A stretch of DNA of 62,794 nt, filler included, from Sluysia triapertura (Eukaryota): assembly GCA_046118255.1 (NCBI GenBank). It is 4 parts of 4 records of this genome, joined end to end, with 100 filler letters (N's around TTAATTAATTAA, not from the genome) between each part and the next. Parts side by side here need not be neighbours in the genome. Positions count along the whole stretch, not along the records: positions 1 to 17,213 come from JBJNIA010190719.1; 3 more parts are not named here. One strand, written 5' to 3'. Of the stretch, positions 1 to 13,172 are shown piece after piece. The first letter of the stretch is position 1. Each line of letters starts with the position of its first letter. Both the position numbers and the translations under genes were made by a program. The notes below the pieces were generated by a model. The model was not told where the DNA came from and made no database searches. It worked only from the letters and a program-made list of their open reading frames with translations.

Positions 1-589
1 ATTTTAGAGTGATTTTGTAGACAATACTCTGCCCAATTTTTGTGAATAATTATATTTTTAACATACTTTAGATTTTAGTTATTTTAGAGTGATTTTCTAA
101 ACAACACTCTGCCCAATTTTTGAATTATTGTTCGGTTTCAGTTGTGTTACATTAAATTTTAAGGGTCACGCTTTACCAAAATTATTTTCATTGATATTTG
201 AGTTAGCTTGATTTGGGATTATTACTCTGAATTTTCTTTGCAATCAGTCTTTTTAATTGTTGCGTCACTCCTGGTTGTTTTTGTCTGGATTGTAGTATTT
301 TTGATTTAGTATAAACATCGTTCTCATTTTGTCATTTCAGTAATTATCAGCTTTTAGTAGAGACTTACATTTCTAACAAGTTGTATTACGAATTTTTGTT
401 TTAAGAATACAATATCGTTTTAGTTTTGGTTTTGATTTCAAGTATTTGAATTTGGGATAATAGTTTTAATTATAATTACAAAGAGAGAGCATAATAAAAT
501 TAAATTCAGTATACTAACTATTGAAACTAGTAAGATTTTAACTAAATAAGACTTTAATAGTGAGCTTAATATTTAGCAAGCTTCAAAGG

Positions 590-1156
590 CGCAACATCAT
601 TGCCACATAGAAGGCAGGCAAAAACTCCAGAAATAATAGGACTAATCGAATTAAAAGGAAAATTAAAATTTCTAGCTACGAAAAATATAGAAAATCTGGC
701 ATCTACACGAAAGACGACATTTAAGCAGCTTGGCGAGAGATACTATTCGCAATAAAAAGATCAAAAACATTAACCGAAATCGTAGATAAAGCAACAGTTG
801 AAAAGAATGGACAAATAAATTTCGAAGTATTATTGGGACCAGATCATTTTAAAAGAGCTCCATAGGATACACTGAAACAAATATGGGGAAAGTTTTTAAT
901 ATTGGGACAAGCATTCTCTGGATTAATAGGAATATATATAATATTTAAGGTAATAGCTCTGATAATTTCTCAAGCTTTTTCAGTAGTTGGAATTTATAAA
1001 ATTTCAGGTTTCACATGGAAATTAATAATTGGGTGTTTTCCATTTTTGGCAAAGTACCTCCTACACCATCACGTAAATGCCCAAATAAATGCATTAAGAA
1101 AAGAAAGAAAAACAACATTGCAAAATAGTGAAAATGAAGAAATAAAAGAAAATTAA
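590..1156 (+). pseudogene. Chuvirus-type envelope glycoprotein, C-terminal remnant (endogenous viral / retroelement env)
   Basis: Translation reads KSGIYTKDDI*AAWREILFAIKRSKTLTEIV...LLGPDHFKRAP*DTLKQIWGKFLILGQAFSGLIGIYIIFKVIALIISQAFSVVGIYKISGFTWKL. The SGIYT..D....I.F motif and the WGKF..G...G..GI..IF..I..II transmembrane pattern match my recollection of chuvirus-like glycoproteins in arthropod genomes. Two in-frame stops and a frameshift near 690. Confidence 0.75.
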
Positions 1157-1289
1157 AAATGCATGGAAATTCGAAAAACCATAGAAATAACTAAAGAAAA
1201 TAAAAAAAGATGACTACATCCTATTACTCCAAGGTCACCACCCCATGTAATCTATATAATATGTGCTAATAATAATTATAATGGATCAC

Positions 1290-1495
1290 AAAGACAAATA
1301 GTAAATGCTAGAATAAATGGTACAGTAGTAACAGCACTAATCAACGAAAATTTCCTAAATAAGGATGAATTAAAAAATTTAGCTAATCACACCTCTCATT
1401 TATAAGGAGTTACAGGTGACGCCATTAATATAACCGAAGTGATGAAAGCTATGTGCGAGATAGGACAAAATAAACTAGAAATTAAATTAAGAGTT
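1290..1495 (+). pseudogene. Retropepsin (LTR-retrotransposon aspartic protease) remnant
   Basis: Reads RQIVNARINGTVVTALI-NENFLNKDEL...SHL*GVTGDAINITEVMKAMCEIGQNKLEIKLRV. This is a retropepsin-like pattern with the catalytic D(T/S)G motif deleted after TALI, and one stop. Confidence 0.6.
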
Positions 1496-2859
1496 TACTT
1501 TAAACATTTTTCTTTTATTATGTAAACTTTCTTTTTTATGTAAATTTTAAATTTTATTTTCGTAATCCAGCACACATCGAGTCAAAATAACCCAGGCCAG
1601 GACAATCAGCCAGATCAAAATTTTCTATTCTTCTCTTTATAGGTTCTGTGTCGAAAATCGTACCCCTAAATTCTTTCTCAACTCATTTGCCATGGACTGT
1701 AAACTGAAGTCCAAATTAACTGATAATGTGGCAACCCACATTATTTCTTTATCATCGGAACTACCTCTTGTTTCCTTGCGGGGTTTGACCAATGCACCTG
1801 ATGACTTCGATACATTGTATGTGGTATTCGCGCGTGGAGCAATTAAGGTCACTTTAGAGGTCGAGGTGATTCCATTACTATTGCGGTTAGAAAATCATCT
1901 TCATCTTTCAAACTTGACTAAGGATATGGTATAGCTCTTGAATTCCCAACTCATCTTGCTTTTCTTTTTGTTCTGCCTTACACCCTTCTTTTTTGCTCCT
2001 TCATTTCTTCCATTCGCAGAGGACCTGGACAATATAAGCCGGTGGGAAGGCAGCTCCTCATATACGTACGTTCTGCTTCTTTCTGCGTGTGATGAGGATA
2101 GACTTATGTTTATGGCTTTTCAATATGTCACTATTTCTTGAATAAGCCGCAGTTAATCTGCGTGACCTGTACTCCGTACAGGCACCAGTTTCACATCGAG
2201 GCTCGTATCAAACTTCGGTGTCGTATCCAGAATTTTAGGCGAAACATCGGTCTTAGATTGGCTAAGGATATCGACGAGGTCCGTCCCCAACTAATAGGGA
2301 TTTTGCGCAATAAAGTCTTAGTGGCCCTGACCCTAAATTTATTATTGAGGCCTTGAATATGCCCTTTGGGTTACTGAGAGAGATTATTAATTTATCGAAC
2401 CACAATTTAGTTCCGTTTGCCACTGAAAATCCTTTTATTAGAACACGTCAGACATTGCGACTAATTTTTCCTATTAGTCTAGTGTTGACTTGTCGGCAGA
2501 TGGCCTCAGAATTGGTGACCCTGCTTGACTATATAAGGGGGCGAAATCTGCAATTTATTTCTCGCTGTAATAATCCTCCTCCGTTCTCTTTAAGAAACCT
2601 CATTCTGTTGTCCCTATTTCTGATTCCAAACTCAATACTACTCCAGAAAAGCAAAAACTTGCGCCCTCTTCTTCTTCTCCTTCTTTTTCTCAGTTTTCTA
2701 TCTCTTCATTAACTTCAACTCCACACTTGGTAAAATCGTTCAAATAATCATCATCGCTCTATCCACCGTTCACCAAACCATCAACAAATACTTCGAGTTC
2801 AACAACTGCCAAGACTGCATCAATGGATCATCAGGAAGCTGTTGTCTCTGCAAAAATAA

Positions 2860-3135
2860 CCTAAAGGTTTCAAAGTTCTAAAGGTACCTTAATGCTTCTA
2901 AAAGTTTTTCAAGTCCATTTCAAACTTCCTTAAGGTCTCAAACCCTTATATAGGTCTTTGGAACCTTAAGATATTCTTTAACTGTTAAGATTATTATAAA
3001 TGTTTTCTCTTTCATGATTCTTATTTCAACAATGTTTATAATACTTCATCTGTTACTTCTCATCAATTCTTCCTTCATTTTTAATTCTGCATGTCTTCTA
3101 CTTGTCTCCTAATCCAAAGTTGGACAATCCCAACA
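2860..3135 (+). mobile_element. Fragment of solo-LTR-like family 1 (terminal part ending CAATCCCAACA)
   Basis: Shares internal motifs (caagtc.atttcaa.cttcc, ttcttatttcaacaatgtttataat) and the sharp terminus GGACAATCCCAACA with 5080-5541, 38514-38939 and 40849-42073. Confidence 0.6.
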
Positions 3136-3139
3136 CACC

Positions 3140-3620
3140 GATAAATTTGATAATTGTATTTCATTATATTTTATACGCAAAGTTATTGGTTAAAGATGTT
3201 TTTCAACCAATTTTAATTAAATTAATTAAGCTGCGCCACCCTTACGATCACTTTATCCTCTGTCGAACCAAACAGCATCTAATTTCATTTAGTTTGGCCA
3301 TTCATTATCAGGAATTTTTGAGATACATTGTAGAAACTTATTTTTCGATAATTTATATGTAAACATGTAAAATGGATAATTGATAGTACTATTTTGATAG
3401 TATTTGGATAATTGATAGTACTATTTTGAAAGTTCCATAATGAATGGTGATAGGTTTAAGAAATGACAATTTAAATTGGTATAACTGGATCAGTATAATG
3501 TGAAATTTAAATTGAAAATCTTACCAGATCAATATACTCTCCGACATACATCAAATACATTGATTATTCTAAATAAGTATTCTATAATCTTTGTGGAATA
3601 ATATTATCCGTAAGGTACGA
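3140..3620 (+). pseudogene. mio/MIOS-like remnant (copy J, solenoid part)
   Basis: LLVKDVFQPILIKLIKLRHPY ... LISFSLAIHYQEFLRYIVET aligns loosely to MIOS SLWREMCSTLRLQLNNPY ... RVAFACKFLSDTQLNRYIEKL. Weak. Confidence 0.3.
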
Positions 3621-3739
3621 TCAATTTCTAATTTGAACTTTGGTAAGGAAAAAATGATAAATTTTTAAAATATTTTGTTTGACAGATTGTTGTGTCTTTG
3701 AAATTGTTTGTAACAATAAATTAATATAAGTTTACTTTG

Positions 3740-5541
3740 CTTAAATACTATTTCAGTAATCTCAATACTCGCTAAATCAAGTATAAATTATCACAAATTT
3801 TCATAATTTAATGATATAAATAGTGATATAAATATTCAACCCAAAGATTATGTTCTTAATTCAAATTAATAACAAGAACTCAATAATATAATAATTACAA
3901 AATCAAATACAAGTCAATAATAATACAAATAAATTAACTAAATCTTAAAATTAACAATAATTTTCGTAATAATATTAAGCACACAATAATCTTCCCAAAG
4001 AAACCAGAGGTGACGAAACAAAAATCAAAATATCAATATCTAAATAAATTGAAAATAATAATAATATTTATATATTGTCGAATAATTCAAACTTAATAAC
4101 AGAACAGTTATAAAATAATGCGGGCTGACAGTCTCCCAAAAAATCAATTTATCAATAGCTTAAAGTCAAAGTTAAAATAATAATCAAATATTCAGCTTAA
4201 TAAAAACTTAATTTACATTTAAATTATTTTCTTTGCTTGAATAAAATTAAAATTAAATTAAATTAAAATGAACAAAATACCCAACTGCATGGAAATGAAC
4301 AGAATGTTTGAATAGTGGCTCTGTATTTTTTTATGTGGTAAAATTTTTAAGTTTTTCATCATCCAATCAATCCTGAGTTTCACAATCAAACACTTTCCCA
4401 CACAAATCATCAAAACCTTTTTGAGAATTAGACCGACAATAACAACTTTGACAATTACATGGTACGGTCTGTCAAACTTCATTGGTACAAAACACAAAAA
4501 TTTGATTTATTATCAACCATCATTTTCTTTTACTCTATTCAGTTTACTTTTACTTAAATTACTTCTCACATTAAAATAAGAATGAACAATATTGTTAACA
4601 TACATAAAAATAATGAATTTAATTTCACTTTTTAGAATTTAATTGATTTTCTATTTTTCACATCCAAATTTTTAATGAAAAATGTTTACGGTTCATATTA
4701 TCCAACAAACCATTCTAAAAATATTTCAAACTCACTTCTAGATTCTCATCTATGATAGCAATCATTTCATATTCAATTCATTTTATTTGCATCATTCTAA
4801 GAATAAAAATTTAACATTCCATAATTAAAAATTAATTAAAATTTGACTTTGCTCAATACTAAGGCTTTCTTTGCATGAACTCCGTCAAACGATACCTTCA
4901 TCGAAAAGTCTTTTTAAAACAAATAAGTATACAATTTCAAATTCAACATAGCATTCCAAAGTCAAAATGTATTTACAAAAACGTACTTTTTCTTAATTAA
5001 GTTAATTACTTTTAGACTTAATCTTATTTTATGTTTAAAAGTTTTATTAAAATCCTAAAGTTATTTAATAGTTTATAAGGCATTCATGGGGCTCTAGATG
5101 TTTTCACCTTCACCTCTCTGATTCCTTTTTATACTTCTTCAAGTTAATTATTATCATACTAGATTTATTCTTAATACCGATAATAATGATTTTATTTCTA
5201 AAATATCATAAAGATTTTAAATACTTTATAAGATTACTCGAAGATCTTAGATATTTATCAAAGTTACAAGAATACTTAAAGGTTAATCTTAAAGGTTAAT
5301 ACTTAAAGATGATCTCAATGTTCAGGAGCTCAAAGGTTCTGTAATGCTTTCAAATGTATTCCAAGTCAATTTCAAGCTTCCACAAGAATCCACATTACTA
5401 TAGATTCTTTCATGTTCATAATTCTTATTTCAACAATGTTTATAATGTTCAATTCATCACTTTGTATCAGTCCTTCCTTCATTTTATAGTTCTATTTGTT
5501 TCGCACTCATCTCTCTTATCCACAGATGGGCAATCCCAACA
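3740..5541 (+). mobile_element. Long copy of solo-LTR-like family 1
   Basis: Blocks are homologous to 40849-42073 (+), 47469-48856 (-), 43430-43830 (-) and 38960-39320 (-). Ends GGGCAATCCCAACA at 5541. Non-coding. Confidence 0.65.
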
Positions 5542-5650
5542 AGATTTTAAAATACTTTACACATTTAGAATTGATTCTTGAATCATCGCTAAAGCACGAA
5601 TGATCTTCCTCAATAACGGATGTCGCACAGAAAATTTGAGCATATACATA

Positions 5651-6270
5651 TATTGTGTCTTTTATACTTTTTATTTTACAAATTATTAATCAAAACCCAA
5701 TAACTAAACAAATTCAGAAGCTCGATATATTCTTTGAATTATCAAAAAAATTACAATTAAAAGATATATATTATTCTTTATGACAACAATAAAAATTGTG
5801 ATGACCAAACCAATAAGCTGAAATTTTATTTTTATAACAAACAATAAAATCAATATTCAAAACATTCTATAATTCTCAATACTTCTAAACAGAAAATTTC
5901 ATAATATCCATAACATTTTAACTATACTTACATTAAAACCTTTCTCATTCATACTCTACAACATCAAAATTACATAAATTCACATTCCATAACTTTCTAT
6001 TCATCTTTCTATTCACCTTTCTACATTCTATCTCTTCATACCCACTAGAACCATTCTCATTTTTTACATCTCGAGGTACATATTTATTACATCAAAATAA
6101 CTTTTACATTTAAAACCATTAATTTACATTAAAATTTATTTTAAACAACATCAGAATCACAATTATACCTTAAACTTTCCAACACATACCTTCAAATCAT
6201 TCCAAAACACTTCAACATTAAAGACTGCATATCATCCAAAGCTTTACAATTATATTTTTCATGTAATTTA
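5651..6270 (-). mobile_element. LTR-like repeat related to the LTR adjoining the Gypsy gag at 33952
   Basis: tattgtgtctttatacttttattttac...aataactaaacaaat...ctcgata.attcttt matches 33952-34040. The 5930-6130 part resembles the reverse complement of 51780-52000. Confidence 0.5.
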
Positions 6271-8461
6271 AAAGAGCTTGAAGACACTTTTAATTATATT
6301 ATGTCGAGAAAAGTCAAAAGAAAATATAAGCAAGATCATGTTATGAACATAAAGAAAAGAATTCATGCTTCAATTTACAATTTTATTTCAATCATTATCA
6401 TTTAAATTTTATCATCAATAATTGAGAGAACTTCCAATTATTTTGTAAAAATTTGGTTACTGCCTCCATATTCCTTTTAAAATCAATTTTTTATGACTTC
6501 ATTATCTGTCAATTGATGACATTCAATCACATAATATCATTACATCATTTTATTGAGTATTAACACTTTGACTGGCTTACCAATCAAAATTTCTAATACT
6601 TCCTCGACTCTTATGCCGATGGCGGTTCAGCAGACTCTAAAAATAAACTTGTAGTCATACAAACAACAATGTATAAAATTTTATTGATTAAAAGATTTAA
6701 GTTATCGTAATTGCTAACTAGGTGCTTCTATTGGTTGTTCGACCAGAATTAACACTACTACTTATCTTACCTCCTCGTTGAACAACCAACATGGTTACAC
6801 TTAAAACATTAAATTGCGCATGCAATAACTACCACAATAATAGTTAAATATGTTTGTACACAATTATAGTTGAATATTAAAAAATTTTTATTGAATCCAA
6901 AAGTTAAAAATTTGTACTCAAAGTTTCATTAAGTTAAATCAATACATTTATAGAAGTTGTTGAAATTTATTGGTGCATGTAAATCTTTTATGAATTTAAT
7001 GAATGAATCTACGAACGTGATCGATTTAGCGAAACATTGTGAATGTGGATTCAATATGACCGTTTTAGATGTCCGTGATGTCGTCAGTGCTCTGCATAGT
7101 GTAGAAAGTAATGATTTTAATAGAGGTCAAGAAAATGAAGGAAATTCTGAAACTAAGACAGATTCTCATTATAATCCGATAAATCAAATTAACGATAATG
7201 CTAATTTAAAATTTACTCTTCATAATCTAGAGCGGATGGTCACTTAGTTGGACAGCTTCGAAAGTATTGTCAATATAATTTGACGCGAAGTTTGTGACCT
7301 GAGAACTTAAATAAAGCTGGATTAAACATTAACAATTCTATTGGAACATTTTCTCAATGTCATTCGACTTTGGAAATTTAAAATCATTGTTACATTGCTA
7401 TTATACCATTAATATAATTTGTCAACTTAATTTAAAAATAAAATCTATGAAATATTAAATCCATTTCTCACAGGAGTATTCTGCATTAATACGTTGTGCG
7501 TTAACCATACGTCACACGTCAAGTTTAATAACATTTTTAAATTAGTATCTTTATAAGCATCAATTTGATACATACTTATCAATACTTAGACATTGGAACA
7601 TATTTTAAATTTTAAATTACAAAATTAATTAAAATGACTCATTTTTACATTATCTACGTTGACGTGCTTCGCCATACTTCATCATTAAAACTCAACATTA
7701 TACACTAAATTTAATTTCATTATAGCATGAGCAAACATTTTTATTGAGTTGTATATATTAAAAAAATTGTATTAAAAAATTGTTAATATTAATGCTATTA
7801 ATATCTAGTAAATAATAAAAGTTTATAAATGATATATTACTTTTACGAAATTATTTTTGTACTTTATTCTAAATTAAATTTCTAATAAATACTAAATAAA
7901 TTTTATTTTTAATTTGTAAATAATTTGTAAATAATTATACATTTAAAAAAATTGTAAATTATATTTTAAAAAATTATTACCATTATCTGGTACAAAATCT
8001 ATAAAAATACTTTTTATTATAGCATAAAACACTAGTAAAAAATATTATTAAAATAATTTTATTATCTTATTATTGAGTATTGGTAACATAAAAAACGAGT
8101 AAAATATTATTATTGAATTTTAATGGTCATTATTGAATTTTGATGATAAAAAAGGAATTATTTAATAATCATATAAATACAAGAAATTACGTTCTAAAAG
8201 TTACAATTTTATCGCCGGGGAATTTTTATAAATACTTAAAGGCAATTATTTTGGATCTTTGAGATAAAAATATCGTTGTGGTAATAATTCAGAAAATTTT
8301 ATTAGAATAAAGATAAATCAGTTTTGGACGGTTTTGGGATACAATTTTTATCGATTCTCGAATTTGGAGGACAATATTACATTAATTATTTGGAAATTGT
8401 GGTCATCAAAATTCAGTAAGATAATATTTGTTAAGATAAGCTTTGATAAATTCACCTTTAA

Positions 8462-8678
8462 CCCCTTACCGGTTTTATTTTTTTTCTGTGAATGGTCAAA
8501 AACTGACTTAATTTTTTTTTTAATTTAACTCAAATTTTTCTTTGTTTAGGAATGAAAATATATTTTTTCCACATTTTTTAGTGAATTCGCTGATAAATGA
8601 CAACGTGTATACACGTAGTAAGAACGTTATGGTCACTCGAATGTTCAACGTGTATACACGTAGTAAACCGGTAAGGGG
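8462..8678. mobile_element. piggyBac-type MITE (217 bp)
   Basis: TTAA target duplication (8458-8461 and 8679-8682), perfect 14-bp TIR CCCCTTACCGGTTT/AAACCGGTAAGGGG, and two internal copies of CAACGTGTATACACGTAGTAA. Confidence 0.9.
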
Positions 8679-9119
8679 TTAAGAAAAGTTTTTCGAACAC
8701 TTTGAGTCGTTATACGAGTTATCGCTTATAGATTTGATTAAAATATAATTCAGTTTCGAAGTTCAGTTGATATTTATTTCAACCCTCGTCCCGAATTTAG
8801 ATGTCATGGAGCTTGAAGTTATTTTTATTTTATAAATTTTTATAAAATTATCTTAGATAATCTGGATCCAGGTCTATCCTACAGAAAAACGTAAATTAAT
8901 AAAATAAACTTGATTAATTTGAACATTTTGTATAATAAAATTATAAAATATACAATAAAAATAAAACGTTTATATTAAACGTTGATTTTTTTTAATATAA
9001 GATATATGAATTGTTGCAGGTTCTTCGTAGCCCTGTGAAAGTTTCGCCAGATGTTGATGAATTGTTAATTAATTTCAATAAGGTTGAATTTCAATACATT
9101 ACATGAATTATCACTATTC

Positions 9120-12100
9120 TTACTGAGTCTTTCCATCATTTTTCATACATGCTGACTTGTCATTACTTTAAAATGAAGATCTTGATCTAAAACGATAATT
9201 TTCATTGTAAAGAATCTGGAAATATACTCAACTTATATAAGTATATTAATTGGTACAGCTTTTATCAAAGCTGTAACTAAATGTTTGGTTTCCATCAATA
9301 ATTTAACATTATGTTTGGTGATAATACTTTTTACACATGCAAGATCTTATGGTACATAATTATAATAGATTTCACGTTGCTGAAACGAAATCTATTGTTA
9401 ATGTGGCTTCGCAATGACCATACTCAATTACACCTTTTAAATTATTATGAGTATATTTTCTTTTAAAAGCTAGTACTAATTTACTCAAGGCAATTATATT
9501 AACGTTATCATCATTAGAAAGAGAGGTTTTGAATGGATTATCATGATCCAGATTAATACACTTATCAAATCTCATGCTGAATAAATCTCACTTTAAACTT
9601 GTTTCAAACTTTTAACATAACAATTTTTAGGAGCCATAATCATTATTTTACCGAAATTTCTATTTTTATGTCATTCAACTAAATAATTATTTTTTGAAAT
9701 TTTTGCAGCCAATTCACATTTCATTGGTTGGACATTTTAGTTTTATTAATTTTGCTTATACTAATGGTGGCGTAATTGAATGAACTATTATTGAATAATA
9801 AAATTAAATGAATTATAAGTTGTTTAGGAATGATTCAAGGATCCATATCCAGCATCTTTGAGTGCTTGAAATATGAAATGTTTAAGCCTGAGAATGATAT
9901 GTAGTATAATATTGTTTAATACATAGTTATAATTGAATGGTTTAATGAATAATGTTGTGAATAAAGGTGTGGAATACCGAATGTACAGAGTACTGTTTGA
10001 TGATCTAAGGATGTGTGATTATGATTAAGAATTTTCTTAGATATCTTATGAGTTGTAAAATAAAATTAAACATCATGAATTTTGCCACCACAATTATCAT
10101 TAGCAAGACTCAGAAACTAAAAACAACAGCTCAATCTCATTCGATTAATTATTTTATTAAATTATGAAGAATTAAATTGAGAAATTGTGAGGTTATTAAT
10201 TTAAGGTTATACAATTTAAATTTGAAATTAATGTATAGTTACGTAATGTGAGTAGTGAATATGAAAATTGATTGATATAAATAAGTTATTAAGAATGTAC
10301 GTAGTTTAATTTTCTGAATGGAATTATGTAATGAGTATGGGGTTATTCTCTCTACTTTGATTTGTGGAGAAGTTCTCCTGACACCATTTTATGTGTGGGT
10401 GATTATTTGACACAGATTTGCGGAGTAAAACTCCTTGAACCAACTTGAAGTGTACAAATTTTGAGGGCGTTTACAGTTATTTTTATTTTTATTCATCAAT
10501 ACTGGTTTAACATATTGTTGTTTAAATGAGAAATTAGTATACGTGTCAGCAAATTCCTTTTGAGTTGATCCGAAGAGGCAACTTAATATGTTAAAGATCA
10601 TTTTGTTGTAAGACCCTAAATGGACTATGTATAAAATCGCATTAGCACATAACAACATTCATTCTTCATCATTGAAAGCTTGTATCCCCTCAATTTTATA
10701 GTTTTGGAACAAGTTAATAAATTTTATATCTTTATACATTAATTTCACAGACTGATCTCGAAAATTATTAGAAAATTTATCTTTATTCGACACAATTAAA
10801 CATAAAAACATTAGTTTAGGGTTTGTAAAACATTGATTGCTATAAAGTTCAAAGGCGACCAAATTCTGTTAGAGTTGCATGTTTTGCTTTTTATATTTTT
10901 TACTTCTGTTGACCCTTGATAATGCTGGACACACTGTTGCGCTTCACCAACCCTGGTACGAAATATATAAACTGAAATAAAATTTATCATATATATAAAT
11001 TTAAAACTCACACTGATTGACTCGATCTTAAAAAAGGTTCTGTCAACTAGCTCTAAATGTTCTACATGTATTGGTCCATTCATCAATGATTTGTTCTGTG
11101 ACGAGTTAATAAAACGAAGATATTGTTCTATTTCACGTTGTTTTAGGTTTCTTTCATGATAATCGTTATGCATGTTAATTACTTCGCTATGGTTAAAATC
11201 ATGTTCGGAACATCTTACAAAGAATAAATATAAATATAAATACTGCAGGGAAACGGCCGTTTTGATCGAATAATCCTAATTGCTACCACATGAACTGTAA
11301 TTTATTAATCATAAGTTGAATATTTAGCGCTTTCAGTAACTTATTATTAATTATATCGATGCATCGTTGATTTATAGGAAAAACATCATTATCGAGTTTG
11401 ATGAAACTTGAAATTGTGTCATATAGGCCGATTCTACATCTAACATATTTTCTAATGATAAATTCATATAAATGTCATAGATTGATTGAAGAGAGAAAAG
11501 ATCATCGCGTGGTGGTTGTTCTTTATTGATACTATTTATTCTTAGTTCCACTCTTTCTAGTTGCAACGTCGTTAGAGAAATAATAAGTAGGAAACTGATA
11601 TTGTTGACATCATAATTTGTTAAATTAATAGAATTAATCAATTCTTATAATGCATCAGACCAATACGGATCGTCAGTTGGATTATGATTATGCTTAATAT
11701 ACGCATTTAACTAATCTGTGAAATTCTTTGATGAGCAACGTCTCCGGGTAAAACGTAAAGTATTATATATATTACGGTCTTTTATTGAAACAATCATCAT
11801 TATCATTATATCGATTAATTACTGAGAATGAGTCCGTTTAGATGAAAAACTCTTGTTAGATTAAAATTGACAATACTATTGACACTATTTGTATGACGCA
11901 ATAGAAGATGTGAATGATATCAGATATCGTCTTGCTTTTGTATTTAAGATATAATCCTCTTTTCTTTTGTTTGACTGTTTTATGAAGATAAATCCAATGT
12001 TGTTACAATTTTTTTAGCAGAATCCTTAATTTTTTGATTTTTCAGTGTCTATTGCTAATATCGCGTTTTTGCTTAATACAATAAATCAATGCTGACAATA

Positions 12101-12150
12101 ATAATATTACAATATATTTTTAGTTACAACATTTTTGCTAGTTGTAATTG
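9120..12150 (-). pseudogene. Decayed intron-containing ORF of unknown identity, possibly DNA-transposase derived
   Basis: Chain of minus-strand ORFs (11372-11641, 10811-11173, 10659-10862, 10389-10658, 9372-9575), a short GTGAGT..TTTCAG intron near 10970-11012, and Cys/His motifs (YYCQH..., CSEHDF...). Interrupted by an LTR-like segment at about 9790-10340. Family not established. Confidence 0.35.
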
Positions 12151-12519
12151 GTCATCCAATGGAGACTTTTAAAGTTTGCTATGTGTAGAGTTTAGTCTCG
12201 ACAGGTACGTTTTTAATTAAATTTTTATATCAAGTTAAAACTGATTACTGACCGTCATCAGCGTTGACAGTCTAATGAAAGGTATAACCTAGACTGTCAA
12301 CACCGGCGATGGCAGCAACTAGATTGATCGGCGGTAATAAAATTTTTATTTTTGCTAACTAAATAAGAATAATAATAATAACATTGCGATTATGATTATT
12401 ATTAAATAATACGCATAAACCTTATCTTTAAAGTCTTTACACGATCTGTTCTTTTGAATTCTTTAATTTCTGACATATATAAAGTAGAAATAAGAGTAAA
12501 AGCGGTTAAGACTTTATTA

Positions 12520-13172
12520 TGTTTACTTATGAAGATAAGAGAAATGATTTGAGTTGTGTTTGGAACAACGAATGTTAGAATAAATTACTGAAATTTATTA
12601 AAGGTTTGTAATTAAAAATAAGATTTATGCTTTGAATATGATAGTTTGAGATGCTTATTGAAAGGTTGTAGTTTATTTAATTTTAAAATACGATTACAAA
12701 ATAAATCTTAACGTATTTATGATGTTATTAAGAATAAGTGTTGATGATGAATATGTGTAAATAAAGTGGGTTTGATTTGATGTACTTGATTGGGAGTTTT
12801 AATGCAAAAGTTAACTACGTGTGAGGTAATTGTTAATGTTGTTAAGTGATGTTATTGTATTTATGATTTGTGTATTATATATTATGGTTCTGGTCTGTTT
12901 GATGAATTAGTTTTTGAGTGAATGTTGTGGATTATTCGAGATTAATTAGCGGAGTATGTTGTGGAGTGGAAGTTGAGAGTGTTAATCGAATTGTTGATAT
13001 ATGAATTAATGAGATGTTATAAATGTCGAGTGTTGTTTATGACGATTGAGTTGGTGTAGTTCGGTAGTATAAAGTGTGATTGCTTTAGAAATTGTGTTTT
13101 AGTGAAATTTAAATTGTGGATGTTGAACATTATGTTTTAATAAATTTTGAGTTTTGAGTGTTGGCCACTACA
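12520..13172 (+). mobile_element. Solo-LTR-like repeat (G/T-skewed) ending TTGGCCACTACA
   Basis: Strand-skewed non-coding segment. A similar composition and ending (TTGGCCATTACA) occurs at about 51580-52096, and a related segment at about 9790-10340. Confidence 0.4.

Noticed and set aside
1-122. 42-bp direct repeat (1-42 and 81-122)
   Set aside because: Local duplication at the window edge inside repeat-derived sequence; no function can be inferred.
6731-6789. 13-bp imperfect inverted repeat TTGGTTGTTCGAC/GTTGAACAACCAA
   Set aside because: Isolated, with no TSD or second copy; may be chance or an unresolvable MITE relic.
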